Shown here: positions 1-11,878 of the stretch, in pieces
Layout of the letters: the number at the start of each line of letters is the position of its first letter
Numbering within the stretch: position 1 is the first letter of the stretch
NCBI GenBank assembly: GCA_051530055.1
Contig: JBMGUZ010000039.1
Location: 1 to 24,744, forward strand
Direction: 5' to 3'
Length of the DNA stretch: 24,744 nt
Origin: Neoechinorhynchus agilis
Lineage: Eukaryota > Animalia > Acanthocephala
The notes under the pieces: generated by a model
Seen by the model: only the letters and a program-made list of their open reading frames with translations
What the model was told of the DNA's origin: nothing
Database searches by the model: none
Program-made: the position numbers and the translations under genes

Positions 1-2102
1 TTAGCGTCTGTTGAGTTTAGTCGGATGAGTTTATTCAAATTTTTTACCCAACTGAATTTGAGCATACAGCCCACCGATTTATCTGAGGATCCGGAGATAA
101 AGGTATTTAACACAGATCAGCGCTTCCTTGGCCAAATCAGCCGAGTAAAGGATTTGAGTAACATCAAATATATACTTCAAAATGTAACCGGCTGAGCCAC
201 ACATATGCTAAAAAAAGTCGACTTTCGCCTCGATATAAAAAGTTGTTTCCGTTCGATATTTTCTATAAATGTTTGTAAATGAACCATCAAGTGTGTCTCG
301 ATCCAATTTCTGGAAAACTGGTTCTACTGATTAAATCATTTTTAGTGACCATCCCATGTTGCTATACTCGTATTAAATAAAAACCCAAGATCCAAATGGG
401 GTCTGGACTATCCGGATGTTGAAATTTTAATTGCAAAATCCACACAAAAGAGAACCGTGATGTTAACAGTAAAAAGAGCATTTGTTGTCAAAAACTCGAT
501 ATTTGACGGATAACACTGAGTGTTCCATATGAGAGTGCATTAAAGTTTAAGTAAATTTTACTTTTTTTCTTGAATTTCCACTTTTAGAAAATAATAAATA
601 CAGTTTAAATTAAGCTCGAAATATGGCAATTATTGTGGGCCAAGAACTTTACGGCGGATCTTTCAAGGAAGATGAGGATCGCAACCGGAGACCCAAGAGC
701 AGGAACGTTCAGGTCTCGCGATCCAGCGCGGCAACGCTGCAAGTGTCCTTGCGACGGTTCCGAGTGGTGAAGAGATGGATCTGGGAGGCTCGTAGATACA
801 TGAGACTTGATTTGCTGTGAGCTTAGTTTTTGTATGAATTAAATCTGTCTATACACCATTGTGGAAGTAATTTCAATATTTTGAGAACAAACATTTTTGA
901 GGATTTTCTTTAATTTTGAGAAGATGCGATCTTTAATCCAGCGAGCAATCGCTTCTTCGAATGAAAACTGATCTAAATAATGTACAGTTTTTATATTATT
1001 AGAGACAAAGAATCTCGGATGCATCCTTGAGGTAATGGAGTATAAATACGTTCATCTGTTCCCATCAGAGCTTTTATAAAGTTATGAAGAAAGATCGAGA
1101 AAGTGGAATATAATTTTATCGTGCACTAAAGTATTTTTTTGTTACATTATAATCAATAAATTCCGTTAAAGGACGCACCCAGTCCTGTTGTCCCGAAAAT
1201 TACCGGGATCAGTATAGTAATGTGTATTCTTTAAGCCGACGATCTTTTTGTGCAACCTGATTTTTTATTCAGAATGACAGACCAAGGACATGAAGTAGTC
1301 CCGTCGACCGCTTAACCATAATTACTTATATAAGTACGCATTGATATTTAGAATAAGGAATTTGCCAAAAATTGTTTGTAGTAGGCGCCAGAAAGCATTT
1401 TAAGTCGAAAAACAAAAGACTTCACAGTTGCTAGGGACTCAAAGCCGTGATAGCTATTCGTACAAGGATAAATGAATATCGTGGATCAATATTTTTGATT
1501 CTATGTCCACTCTAAAGAGCAAAGATAAACGTTTTTAATTATCAAGAGAGCATCCTTCAAGCTGATAGAGATGTGGTGATCATAGAACCGGATAAAAAAT
1601 ATTTTAGTGGATTGAGATATTTCGCGATACGATCCATGAACCTCGGGAATGGATATCCCACGTACTCGAGCCATACAGTACAAAACAACTAAAACCTTTT
1701 TAGATGTCTGACGAGGTGAGGCTTCCCATTTCGAAATTTCTCAATAAAATATTTCCATAAACATTTTTGTGTGTCGCCAACGAAGGCGCATCTCGATTTA
1801 TACGCAAAGCAAATTTAAATAGTAAAAATCTATTATGATAATTTTCCAATAACTTATAATTTTTAGCTTACATCCAATGTCGTCTCAAACGTTTGATCTC
1901 GGGTATCGAAACTCTAATAGACAGTCGTTATTTTATTCCATCACAATTAAAAAACCAAAGCCGCTGGATTGAGCGCCGGACCTATTATCGTTTTATTTCG
2001 GGTAAGGATGCCTAATCGTGGGTTTAGGCCAAAAACACTAAGCGAAAACGACTGTAATGAGCTATTTAGGTTGATTCAGAACAAATATACCAATAAAACG
2101 GT

Positions 2103-3285
2103 TTATAAAATTAGAAATAAGGTCAAAGTGAAAACGATACGATTTTTCCGAGCGAAGATTCCTGCAGCCATATTAGTTACTATCGTCCTTTCGGAATGCT
2201 GTCGGTTGGTACGTTTGTTCATATGATTGGATATCATGGGCCGTTTAATCTTTTTTAAAGTTATGTCTTTGTTCACGTTATTTATGCAAGCTAGTGCACA
2301 CGAGCGAAGAAATAGACGCTAAGATTACTTCAACAAACCCGAGATGTTAGTTGACCAGATCATTTGCTGATCTGCATGATAGGAAAACACGCTGAAATTT
2401 AGAGTTGGCATTGGATAAGAAGATGTAAGCTTAAAATTGGATATTGTCTATTTTTGCTGTGTTAAATTATAGAACTTACATTAAATACAAAGTCGTTCCG
2501 CGTCTGATTAATTATCCATTTTCCGGGTTTGATGTGTCGTCGACTTTTGACTTTAGCTGGGTTTGTCAGGATTCCATAGAGGATTATACCCGAAACACTA
2601 GTCTTGCATACGATGATGTTGAAACAAGTTGGCACTGTTTGATGATTGCATTTGATCACGGGTTCTGAAATGATGGAGCATGAAACTAAAGTTCCAACTT
2701 AAAAACTCAACCTTTTTCGTCCATGGAGGTTGGGAGTGGTACTGTCGTAATAGTAACAACAGGAGACGTGGAGCTGTTCTGTATGTAGAGCGGTATAAGC
2801 TGTTCAGTCGATGATGAATAATTAGCGACGTGAACGATACTCATGACACTTGAATCATCTCTACACATGTAAGATCCTAGGTCCCGTTCGGACGGATTTT
2901 CAATACACAGTTTGAGGTTCGTTTTACGAGATTCGAACGATCCATCTTTATTGGGCAATAGGGTGAGCAAGACGGAATACGTCGATTCAAAACTAATTAT
3001 AGCCAACCAGTGAGCGATTATGTCAATTGTGTCCAATTTCACCCAGACAACATTCTCGTGTTCAAATACAAATTCGCAGTCCATGCAGAAGGTTCTTTGT
3101 CCCTTTTGAAGGTACAGTGTCGTTTCATTGATTACGGGCGGACGTAACGACTGGTTCACGGTAGTCGGCATTGACGGATACCTGAGCGCCGTAGATCGGT
3201 AGCAGCTTGCCCATAGCAGCAGTAGCAGCAGCAACACAGGAGCACAGACCCTGTTAATCAAACGATAGTTGTTGTGCAGTTGCAT
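2103..3285 (-). CDS. Ig-superfamily surface protein (left-arm copy)
   Basis: Mirror of 21460-22642. Confidence 0.75.
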
Positions 3286-3800
3286 GTGAGGATGTGGACA
3301 ATCGGGAAAGCTGGTAAGACTCGGTTTACTTCTTGATAGTTTGCAGGGGACAATCTCCTGTGTCCCTTAGGGATTGTGTCATAATCGTTGGTGAATACTG
3401 TTGTTAACTATGCCGCACTTGTTGCAGCGCGGACTGCCAATTCTAACAGCAATCCTAGAGCCCCTTCGACGGAGAAAGTGCACCTTGTGGCACATTCCGT
3501 AACTAATTAATGTTTAGCCCAGCCGTCTTTCTTTATCACACCTAATCTTATTTAATGACTGGAGCGGACTGCACGCGTGAGCGATCATCAGAAACTCTCT
3601 ACTCATTTCATCGTCGTCTTCGTCGTTGATTTATTCGACATGTATACTATATAACATGTCAAAGCCTACCGAATAAACCCACCAGGACTAAACCGACTTT
3701 ATGGAACACCGGTCGTTATTGTGCATGCGGTCTACTTATTAAATCAGATCAAATTTCATTCCGAATAAAAAACACCAAAGTCCAAATAAAAATAGTAAAT

Positions 3801-6296
3801 TCATATTTTCGACATTTTCCTTAAAAGTGCTTTTTTATAGGAGTATATGTCCCCTTTCCATTTCTCCATTCCCTTTGTTCCCTTACAAACCCAAATCTCG
3901 TCAGCTACCTATTTTTAAAGTAAATTATAGATTTCGCTAACGGTTTATGTGCTTACTTGTCCAATCAGATTGAAGTCATGAGAAACAAGCAGCAATCCGC
4001 CTTTATACGCGTTTATAGCTGTCGCCAAAGCATCAATGGTGTCCATATCCAAGTGATTGGTTGGTTCGTCCAAGAGTAAAATGTGAGGGGCTTTAAATGC
4101 CATCCAAGCCATCACGATTCTACAGCGTTGCCCATCAGAAAGATTGCTCATTGGGCATGTTTGTTGTCTCCCACTCAGTCCGAACCTACCAACTGCCTTT
4201 CTAATTTCATCTATATCCGTCTCTTTTGGATAACTTTCCATCAAGTATTCGATTGCTGACTTATTTAGATCGAGTGACTCGTTCAAGTGCTAATTTTCGT
4301 TAATGAACATACACAAAGGAGAGAAAATATGCGTACCTGATGGTATCTGACTATCCGAACGCGGCTATTGCGCCTGACCTGACCGGACGTGGGCTCAAGC
4401 GTACCATCTATCAGTTTTAGAAGAGTACTCTTACCAACTCCGTTAGCTCCCACTAATGCGATTCTTGAGTCTAAGTCGAGACCAAAATCAACCCCTTTAA
4501 TTATGAGCGGAGATGTAGGACTATAGCTAAAGCAAACTTCTTCCACCATTATCACCGGAGGAGGAATTTCGTCTGGATCAGGAAAACAAAAAGATATAAC
4601 CTAAGCCGATAATGGTAAATCGATTAAAAAACAAGGCGCCCTACCGAATCAGTTGCTACTTTTTCAACAAACCCCGCACTTTTCATTCGCTCAACCTCCT
4701 TGAGTCGACTTGTCGCTTGCTTTGCGCGTTGGCCGCTGCGATATTTCGCTATAAAGTCCTTCGTTATGCTAAATAAAGTCAATAAAAAGCGAAGCAGAAA
4801 ACATACTTGTAGATCCTTTATCTTATCTTGTTGAGTTTGATACCGTTTCATCTGATTCACTTGACTCTCCAATTTTGTGATTACATATTGTTCGTAATTT
4901 CCCTAAAAATTGAATCACGTTTTGATGAGAAGAAATACACAATTATCGATGTACCGTGTAATAAAATAATTTCTTAGATCTATCGTTTAAGTGTATAATA
5001 TTCGTACATACGCCATTTAAGAAATCTTGCGAGTGGGATACAACAACCAAAATTCGGTGGTACCTAAATAACCAGTGGCGGGGAGGGGAGTGTGTCATCG
5101 TCCTAAACCCACATACTTTTGTAACTCATTTTCCAGCCATACACAAGCGTTCAAATCCAAATGATTTGTTGGCTCGTCCAACAAAAGCATCGACGGATAA
5201 ACAAACAAAGCTCTTGCTAAGGACAAACGCATCCGCCAACCACCACTGAAATCCTTGCATTTCTTACCACACACGTTTGCCTCCAACATTCGATGAATTA
5301 AATGCCATTCCGAAAACCCAAAAATAGATTCCTTAAAAAGAGGGTCAAACATCTCGGCTTCGATGGACACACAACAAGAAATCATCGAGAGAATTCTCTA
5401 CCTCCAAGCAATGACTAATGAGGCTCGAAATATCTCAATAAAATATTTCGCGACAGGGGATATTCACCCGTCCCCTCCACAACTCAAGAACAACACGAAA
5501 TCTAATTCTATTTCCGAGAAGCCTCCAGGCACCTCCTACGAGGAAATTAGTTGTAAAATCAATTAATTTCCTCTGAGATAAAAGTGGCAATGAAAAAATC
5601 CGCATTTCCAACACTACAAAGACTAATTTCAGAGGCAAAAGAATGATATACGCTGCATTTCCTTGTCGAATCCCAGACCGCTAAGAATGCGTCCTGCTCT
5701 AGCTTCCGCCTTATCGGCGTTTAGCTCCTCGAGCCTTTCAAAGATATCCATGAGTCGTTGCTGTGATTCTTCGTCACAGCAATGAGCCAGTTCCTCTGAT
5801 TCCTTCTCAAGTCTAACTCGTTCAACGTCCACTTCCATTACACACTCTAAAGCCGATAAATCCAACGCTTCCATTTCACGACTTAGGTAGTAAATATCAA
5901 TATGTTCCGGTATACAAAATTCGCGATTTCCTAACGCTGCCAACAAGGATGATTTACCGCTACCACTAGGACCAACTAGTCCATATCGACGACCATGGTT
6001 GAATTCCAAATTTGAGTCTGACAAGATTTCATTTCCGTAAAATGTCAAACAGACCTCGTTAATATGAACATCTCGACCTTTTGGACTCGATGCTAACACT
6101 CCGGTGCACGTTCGGGCCTTCGCATGCGAATTATCGCAAAGGCTGAGAACATTAAAACAATCCGATAGTATTTTATCGCAATCACCTGATGAAATCAATA
6201 TTAAAAAAACTATGCCATTAATTAAAACGTACCCCCTTGAGGCGAAGGACGGGTCTTCTCCACCCTCTTTCGTCTTCGCGATTTATTTGCCGGCAT
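3801..6296 (-). CDS. ABCF2: ABC-F family translation ATPase, ABCF2/ARB1-like, 9 exons (left-arm copy)
   Basis: Mirror of 18449-20944. Exons 6296-6233, 6185-5652, 5267-5117, 5063-4955, 4902-4807, 4758-4645, 4600-4337, 4289-3957 and 3908-3801. ORF-track translations are identical to the right-arm copy. Confidence 0.93.
5268..5651 (-). other. Long structured intron 2 of ABCF2 (left-arm mirror)
   Basis: Mirror of 19094-19477. Confidence 0.65.
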
Positions 6297-6434
6297 TGTG
6301 ATTTCAAAGAAAAATTTTGAGAGGATAATGACACAGGTTTCTTCCGTGTATTAAGTCCCCGCAATACTCATTCACCTTCTCGTTTCAGATTGCGCAAAAA
6401 TTAAAGCAATGCACTAAATCCGAATGTTTCTGGC

Positions 6435-8035
6435 ACACAGTCTTGTGCGCTATTATCAAGGTTACTGTAAGTTTTCAAATTTGTGAGTACAAGAAACATT
6501 GATGAACGCGTGCAAGATTACGGTTCCGAAATATCGGATTTAATAAATTCTTTTAATTTTTACGCCATGAACAAGAATCAACAATTCAATCTTCGAACAC
6601 ATTCTCGTGCTTTTATGAAGGCTGCCTGTAAGTTTTTAAATTTGTGAGTACAAGAAACATTGATGAATGCGAGCAAGATTACGTTACCGAAATATCGGAT
6701 TTAATAAATTCTTTTAATTTTTACGCCATGAACAAGAATCAACAATTCAATCTTCGAACACATTCTCGTGCTTTTATGAAGGCTGCCTGTAAGTTTTTAA
6801 ATTTGTGAGTACAAGAAACATTGATGAATGCGAGCAAGATTACGTTACCGAAATATCGGATTTAATAAATTCTTTTAATTTTTACGCCATGAACAAGAAT
6901 CAACAATTCAATCTTCGAACACATTCTCGTGCTTTTATGAAGGCTGCCTGTAAGTTTTTAAATTTGTGAGTACAAGAAACATTGATGAATGCGAGCAAGA
7001 TTACGTTACCGAAATATCGGATTTAATAAATTCTTTTAATTTTTACGCCATGAACAAGAATCAACAATTCAATCTTCGAACACATTCTCGTGCTTTTATG
7101 AAGGCTGCCTGTAAGTTTTTAAATTTGTGAGTACAAGAAACATTGATGAACGCGTGCAAGATTACGGTACCGAAATATCGGATTTAATAAATTCTTTTAA
7201 TTTTTACGCCATAAACAAGAATCAACAATTTAATCTTCAAACACAATCTCGTGTTTTTGAAGGCTGCTTGTAAGTTTTCAAATTTGTGAGTACAAGAAGC
7301 ATTGATGAATGCGAGCAAGATTACGTTACCGAAATATCGAATAAATTCTTTTAATCTTCACGCCATAAACAATCATCAACGATTTAATCTTCAAACACAA
7401 TCTCGTGCCTTTGTCGAGGTTGCTTGTAAGTTTTTAAATTTGTGAGTACAAGAAACCTTGATGAACGCGTCCAAGATTACGGTACCGAAATATCGGATTT
7501 AATAAATTCTTTTAATATTTACGCCATAAACAAGAATCAACAATTCAATCTTCGAACACAATCTCGTGCTTTCATGAAGGCTGCTTGTAAGTTTTCTAAT
7601 TTGTGAGTACAAGAAACCTTGATGAACGCGTACAAGATTACGGTACCAAAATATCGGATTTAATAAATTCTTTTAATTTTTACGCCATAAACAAGAATCA
7701 ACAATTCAATCTTCAAACATAATCTCGTGCTTTTATGAAGGCTGCTTGTAAGTTTTTAAATTTGTGAGTACAAGAAACCTTGATGAACGCGTACAAGATT
7801 ACGACGGTACCGAAATATCGGATTTAATAAATTCTTTTAATCTTCACGCCATAAACAAGCGTCAACGATTTAATCTTCAAACACAATATCTTGCTTTTAT
7901 GAAGGTTACTTGTAAGTTTTTAAATTTGGGAGTACAAGAAACCTTGATGAACGCGTGCAAGATAAAGGTTCCGAAATATCGGATTTAATAAATTCTATTA
8001 TTTTTTACGCCCTAAACATGCATCAACAATTCAAA
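6435..8035. repeat. Tandem array of ~161-bp units, about 10 copies (left arm)
   Basis: The unit start gtaagtttt recurs at 6467, 6628, 6789, 6950, 7111, 7270, 7426, 7587, 7748 and 7912 (periods 161,161,161,161,159,156,161,161,164, then a partial unit). Units 2-4 are identical and later units diverge. Confidence 0.96.
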
Positions 8036-8277
8036 CACTAAGTAACTATTTTTTGGTGATTATTCATTCGTGTGGTTATTGAGTTGGGTGATATTGTACT
8101 TTTGAAATACAAATTGGACGCTGAAAAGTTATAATGATCGCTTAGAAAGTATTTTCGATACCAGTATATGGTCACACTTTTAAAGATCGCAGTAGAAAAG
8201 ATGACAACTAAAAATCAATTTGTATTGATTACAAAAGTCAGCGATAACGTTTTATTGAAACAACATTGCGATAGATT

Positions 8278-10074
8278 CTACATCTTTTGTCTTCTCTTTA
8301 TGATCCTTGAATTTTTGTCCTGTGATACTAAGCGCATAATCGCCTTATTTCCGTGCATTTTTATGTTATGAACAATCGCCAGATTGTAGAATTTGCACGA
8401 ATAATTGCATTTTGAGCAGTGAATTCCTCCATTTTGTAAGTGCAAAAACAAATGAGTCGCGGCCTCTGCTTCGTTGAACGTACTGAACCTGACACAAGAC
8501 GAGCAACTATATGCAACCTTCTTTGCAGTATCACAACTTTCAATTTTAATTGCATTTTCTTGGAGTGCTTGGCTAACTTCCTTGATCTTGTCACTTCTAA
8601 CTGGATCGTTTGCAGTATACACTTCGAGAAAGTCAAATAAACATCTATTGGCATGAACCATGTGATCATTCGAAGATTCTGGAGAAGATTTTGCGATATT
8701 CACTGCATTGAGAACATTGACGGCTACCTTAGATAATACTCGTTCAAATGATTCCTCGTTGTATTCAATAAAGCCAGCAAGGAACGGTTTATCCAGCAAG
8801 TTTCCAAACGTATCTTCGTACATGAAAAATGTTTTTCTTGCAATTAATCTTGGAAGTATAAGGTAGTCTAACGATTGACTTTGAGGAACTTCCAAAACAC
8901 AACCAAAATTATTATGGTGCTCCTCGAAATGATTATGGAAATCTATTTTAGTATTGCACCTATAAAAGCATCTCGTGCATTTATGATTCAGTCCAAGTTC
9001 GTCGCTAAAGACCCTATGAACATCGGAGCTAAATCTTTAATTCTCTTTAATATACCATAATACGATCTATAGCCATACAAATGACGGGTGAAATTATTTT
9101 CAGTTGATGAATTGGCCTTGTCCGATTTGCCTATTTTTTGAATTACCGGGCAATCAGTTGTATTGGATCGCTTTATTGGAGCCGGAAAACATACTCGCGA
9201 TGCTGTTTGCGATAATATGGCCAATGATGCTGATGAAGTTGATTGAATTTGCACTTGTGTTCGTCTCCTCTGAGTTGACTGGCGATGTCTTTCCAATATA
9301 TAATCATCAATTGTTGCTCGTGCTTCAACTTCGGGCAAAATCTGAACAACGCCGTCATGTGCTTCATACTTTTTTCTATTTCTGATGTGCTTTTGTACAT
9401 CGGACTTATAGTTTGCTCGTTGACCGCAATATGAACACTTGAACGGTTTCAAATTTCGATGTGCTGCCATGTGAATATAGAACTTATCGGCAGAATATGT
9501 GCCGAATTTATCACAAACATCGCAAACCAATCTACCTGCCTTTGGAGACCTGAGTGTTCTTCGTTTTGAACGGGGATCCGGCTTCGGAATGGGACTTTTT
9601 TGTGGATCCGATCGTATATTGATTACATTCATTGGTCGTTCTTTATGTTTCCGATTCTGATGCTTGCTCACGTCCGAGGAATATTGGCATTCATGTGACT
9701 TGATATCCAAAGGCACATCGCGTTCAATCGATATCGATCTCATTGGTTCTTTGTACGGAGATTCCGGAAAGTCCGCGGACTTGACCCTCCTTAGACGCTG
9801 TGGCTGTTTGAATTCTAAATCCATAAACGGCAACAAACGATCGTAGCCCACTAAAAAACTAGCAGGTATTTAGCGGTCACGTTTAGTGCGCATATTGACG
9901 TCGTGGACGGTGGCACAAAAAATTAGTGTGCAAATTTGAAGTGACGGCTACATTTTGAAGCTCAAACCAAGAACCGCTCAATGTGTTAAATCGGAGCTTC
10001 TTCAGATGTCTATCAAAACGTTTTCGGAATTGAGAAACTTTGATGTTCATACCCATTTTAGAGTTTAGGTTCAT
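8278..10074 (-). CDS. Multi-C2H2 zinc-finger protein (left-arm copy)
   Basis: Mirror of 14671-16467 with identical ORF translations. Confidence 0.8.
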
Positions 10075-11878
10075 CAAAGGAAAATCCCGATTTTCCTTTC
10101 ATTTTGATGGAGTCTATTTTTTACCTTGGCACCGTAGTCTAAAACGACGAACGTAATATCCGTCATAATTATAAAAATTAAGTGGTCAACTCTCATTCCA
10201 AGGTGCTTTTGTGAGTCATTTATATTTGTTTTTGTTTGTTCCCGATCATTTCAACTCGCATTTAGACACTGGAACCAAAACTGTCCCAATAGAACCCAAA
10301 AATAAGCAACTAAAATACTTATCGAGGGTTCATTAGAAATTCTATCTATAAAGTTCATCATTTTTCTCAGTAATGACAAAAAAACTTTTAAAATTTTAAC
10401 ATCTCAAAGATTTTAATCGTAATTTGTCTTTAGAGTGATCGATTTTTTTGTTCATTTAAGTAACATAATGATTAGAGCGTTTAATTTTATTGAGTAACAA
10501 TGCCGGTAAGATATTTTCTTAATGGTGCGAGGTAAAGGAGGGTGAAAAGAATAAAAAAAAAAAAAGAGCGGCCACCCAACATCTAAAGTTCTATATCTGC
10601 ATCAAAACTGAAGGAGTTATTAATTGCAAAGGAGTCAGTTCCTCACAGAAAGCGAGAAACGATACTTGGAAATACCGACTAAGAAATGGCCGCATTCCAT
10701 CACTCTGAAGGCGATCTCAATAAAATCTTGAGATGTTCTTGAAAGATGAACGTTCTATCTCTCATTTCAGTGGAACGCTTAAAATACGATTTATCTCCAG
10801 TAACTTCTGGAGACGATTACAAACCTAGAAATCTCCTGTACGAACTGTAAAATGTTCGAGGAGAGATTTGAATTCACAATCTTGTTTTTCATTTAGAGAC
10901 TTAAAAGTGGGATAACCATACCCCGAACCGTTACCAACCCCACGTCAAAAATGCTTTAACGCTAATTTCATGTTCACTTTTTAATCTTTCCATGTAAGAA
11001 TATCGCAATTACTATATATTATGAAATACATAAATTCAAAGGATCTAAAACATATTTTAATGAACAAAGTGGACATTATCAAATATTTAAGACGTAATGA
11101 TATAAGAAGACGAGTTTTACTAAAAACTCCGGACTTCAATCATTCATTAAATGTTAATTTGTGTTTATATTTGAATGGATGACTGTGATAAATAGATAAT
11201 TTTAGTCTTCTGAACATTCCTCGTGAGAGACTTTTTTGATTTACACTTATTCAACAATGAACATTACAGGTCAATAATTCCGTTTATACTTATTTCAAGA
11301 CGGTTTTGATGAAATTTCCGTCAATCAGTATCCGATTTTTTCACTTGAGACGTTTTATTCTTACATCCGAGAAATGCCAACATCCGATACTTTAGTAAAA
11401 GTTTTAGCTGTAATCAAACTGAAAAAAAAGCTATGCCATTATCTCTGCTCGGATCTAGAAAGAGAGACGTGTTTGTAGCGCAATTGGCTTCTGGTTGACC
11501 GCAATTAACTATTCTAAGATCGTTTGAGGGTTATTTTCTCTTGAACGTAATCAGATCAATTTCGGGTTCTTCTGATTGGGATCACCAATGGATCGCATAC
11601 ACAAGGAACTGTCTTTGGTGGATTGGATCTTTTTTTATAAAAATCCGATAGATAATCTATTGGATTGAATCGATGCCTTTTGCGTCGTCAATGAATAAGT
11701 ACTCAGTGTGGCTAATATATGAGAAGATGATGCAGATTCGCGAGATGACAGATTTCATAAAGCAAATCGGCTTCAATGTTCGGATTGATCGATTCAATTC
11801 ATTGGCGTCTTCCTTGCTCGCGAGCATAGAAACAATGATTCGAACATGGGCCTTGCAGAAAGATGGCATTTTAGACCA

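Larger units (their letters stand above)
1..11878. repeat. Left arm of a window-spanning inverted repeat (giant palindrome)
   Basis: Position i pairs with 24745-i: the first bases ttagcgtctg are the reverse complement of the last bases cagacgctaa, and outer-arm ORFs have identical mirror ORFs (623+24122 and 9883+14862 both equal 24745). The coordinate sum shifts to 24762 after ~10600 and to 24760 after ~11400. The match ends at ...ggcattttagacca (11878). Confidence 0.98.

Noticed and set aside
623-820. 65-aa ORF (and mirror 23925-24122), plus nearby ORFs 839-1024 and 1501-1683
   Set aside because: No recognisable domain and several competing open frames on both strands. Exons of an unknown gene are possible but I could not build a supported model.
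6467-6490. Spliced-leader RNA gene array (GT donor followed by Sm-like AAATTTGTGA in each unit)
   Set aside because: The Sm-like site is only ~10 nt from the donor, with no flanking stem-loops and no leader I recognise. It could be revisited if mRNA 5' ends match the unit.
6435-8035. CRISPR array
   Set aside because: Units are similar along their entire length, with no unique spacers and no cas genes, in a eukaryotic context.
9104-9846. Short ORFs overlapping the zinc-finger, ABCF2 and Ig genes (for example 9104-9385, 5363-5566, 6104-6301, 2444-2668)
   Set aside because: They are antisense or alternative-frame shadows of well-supported exons.
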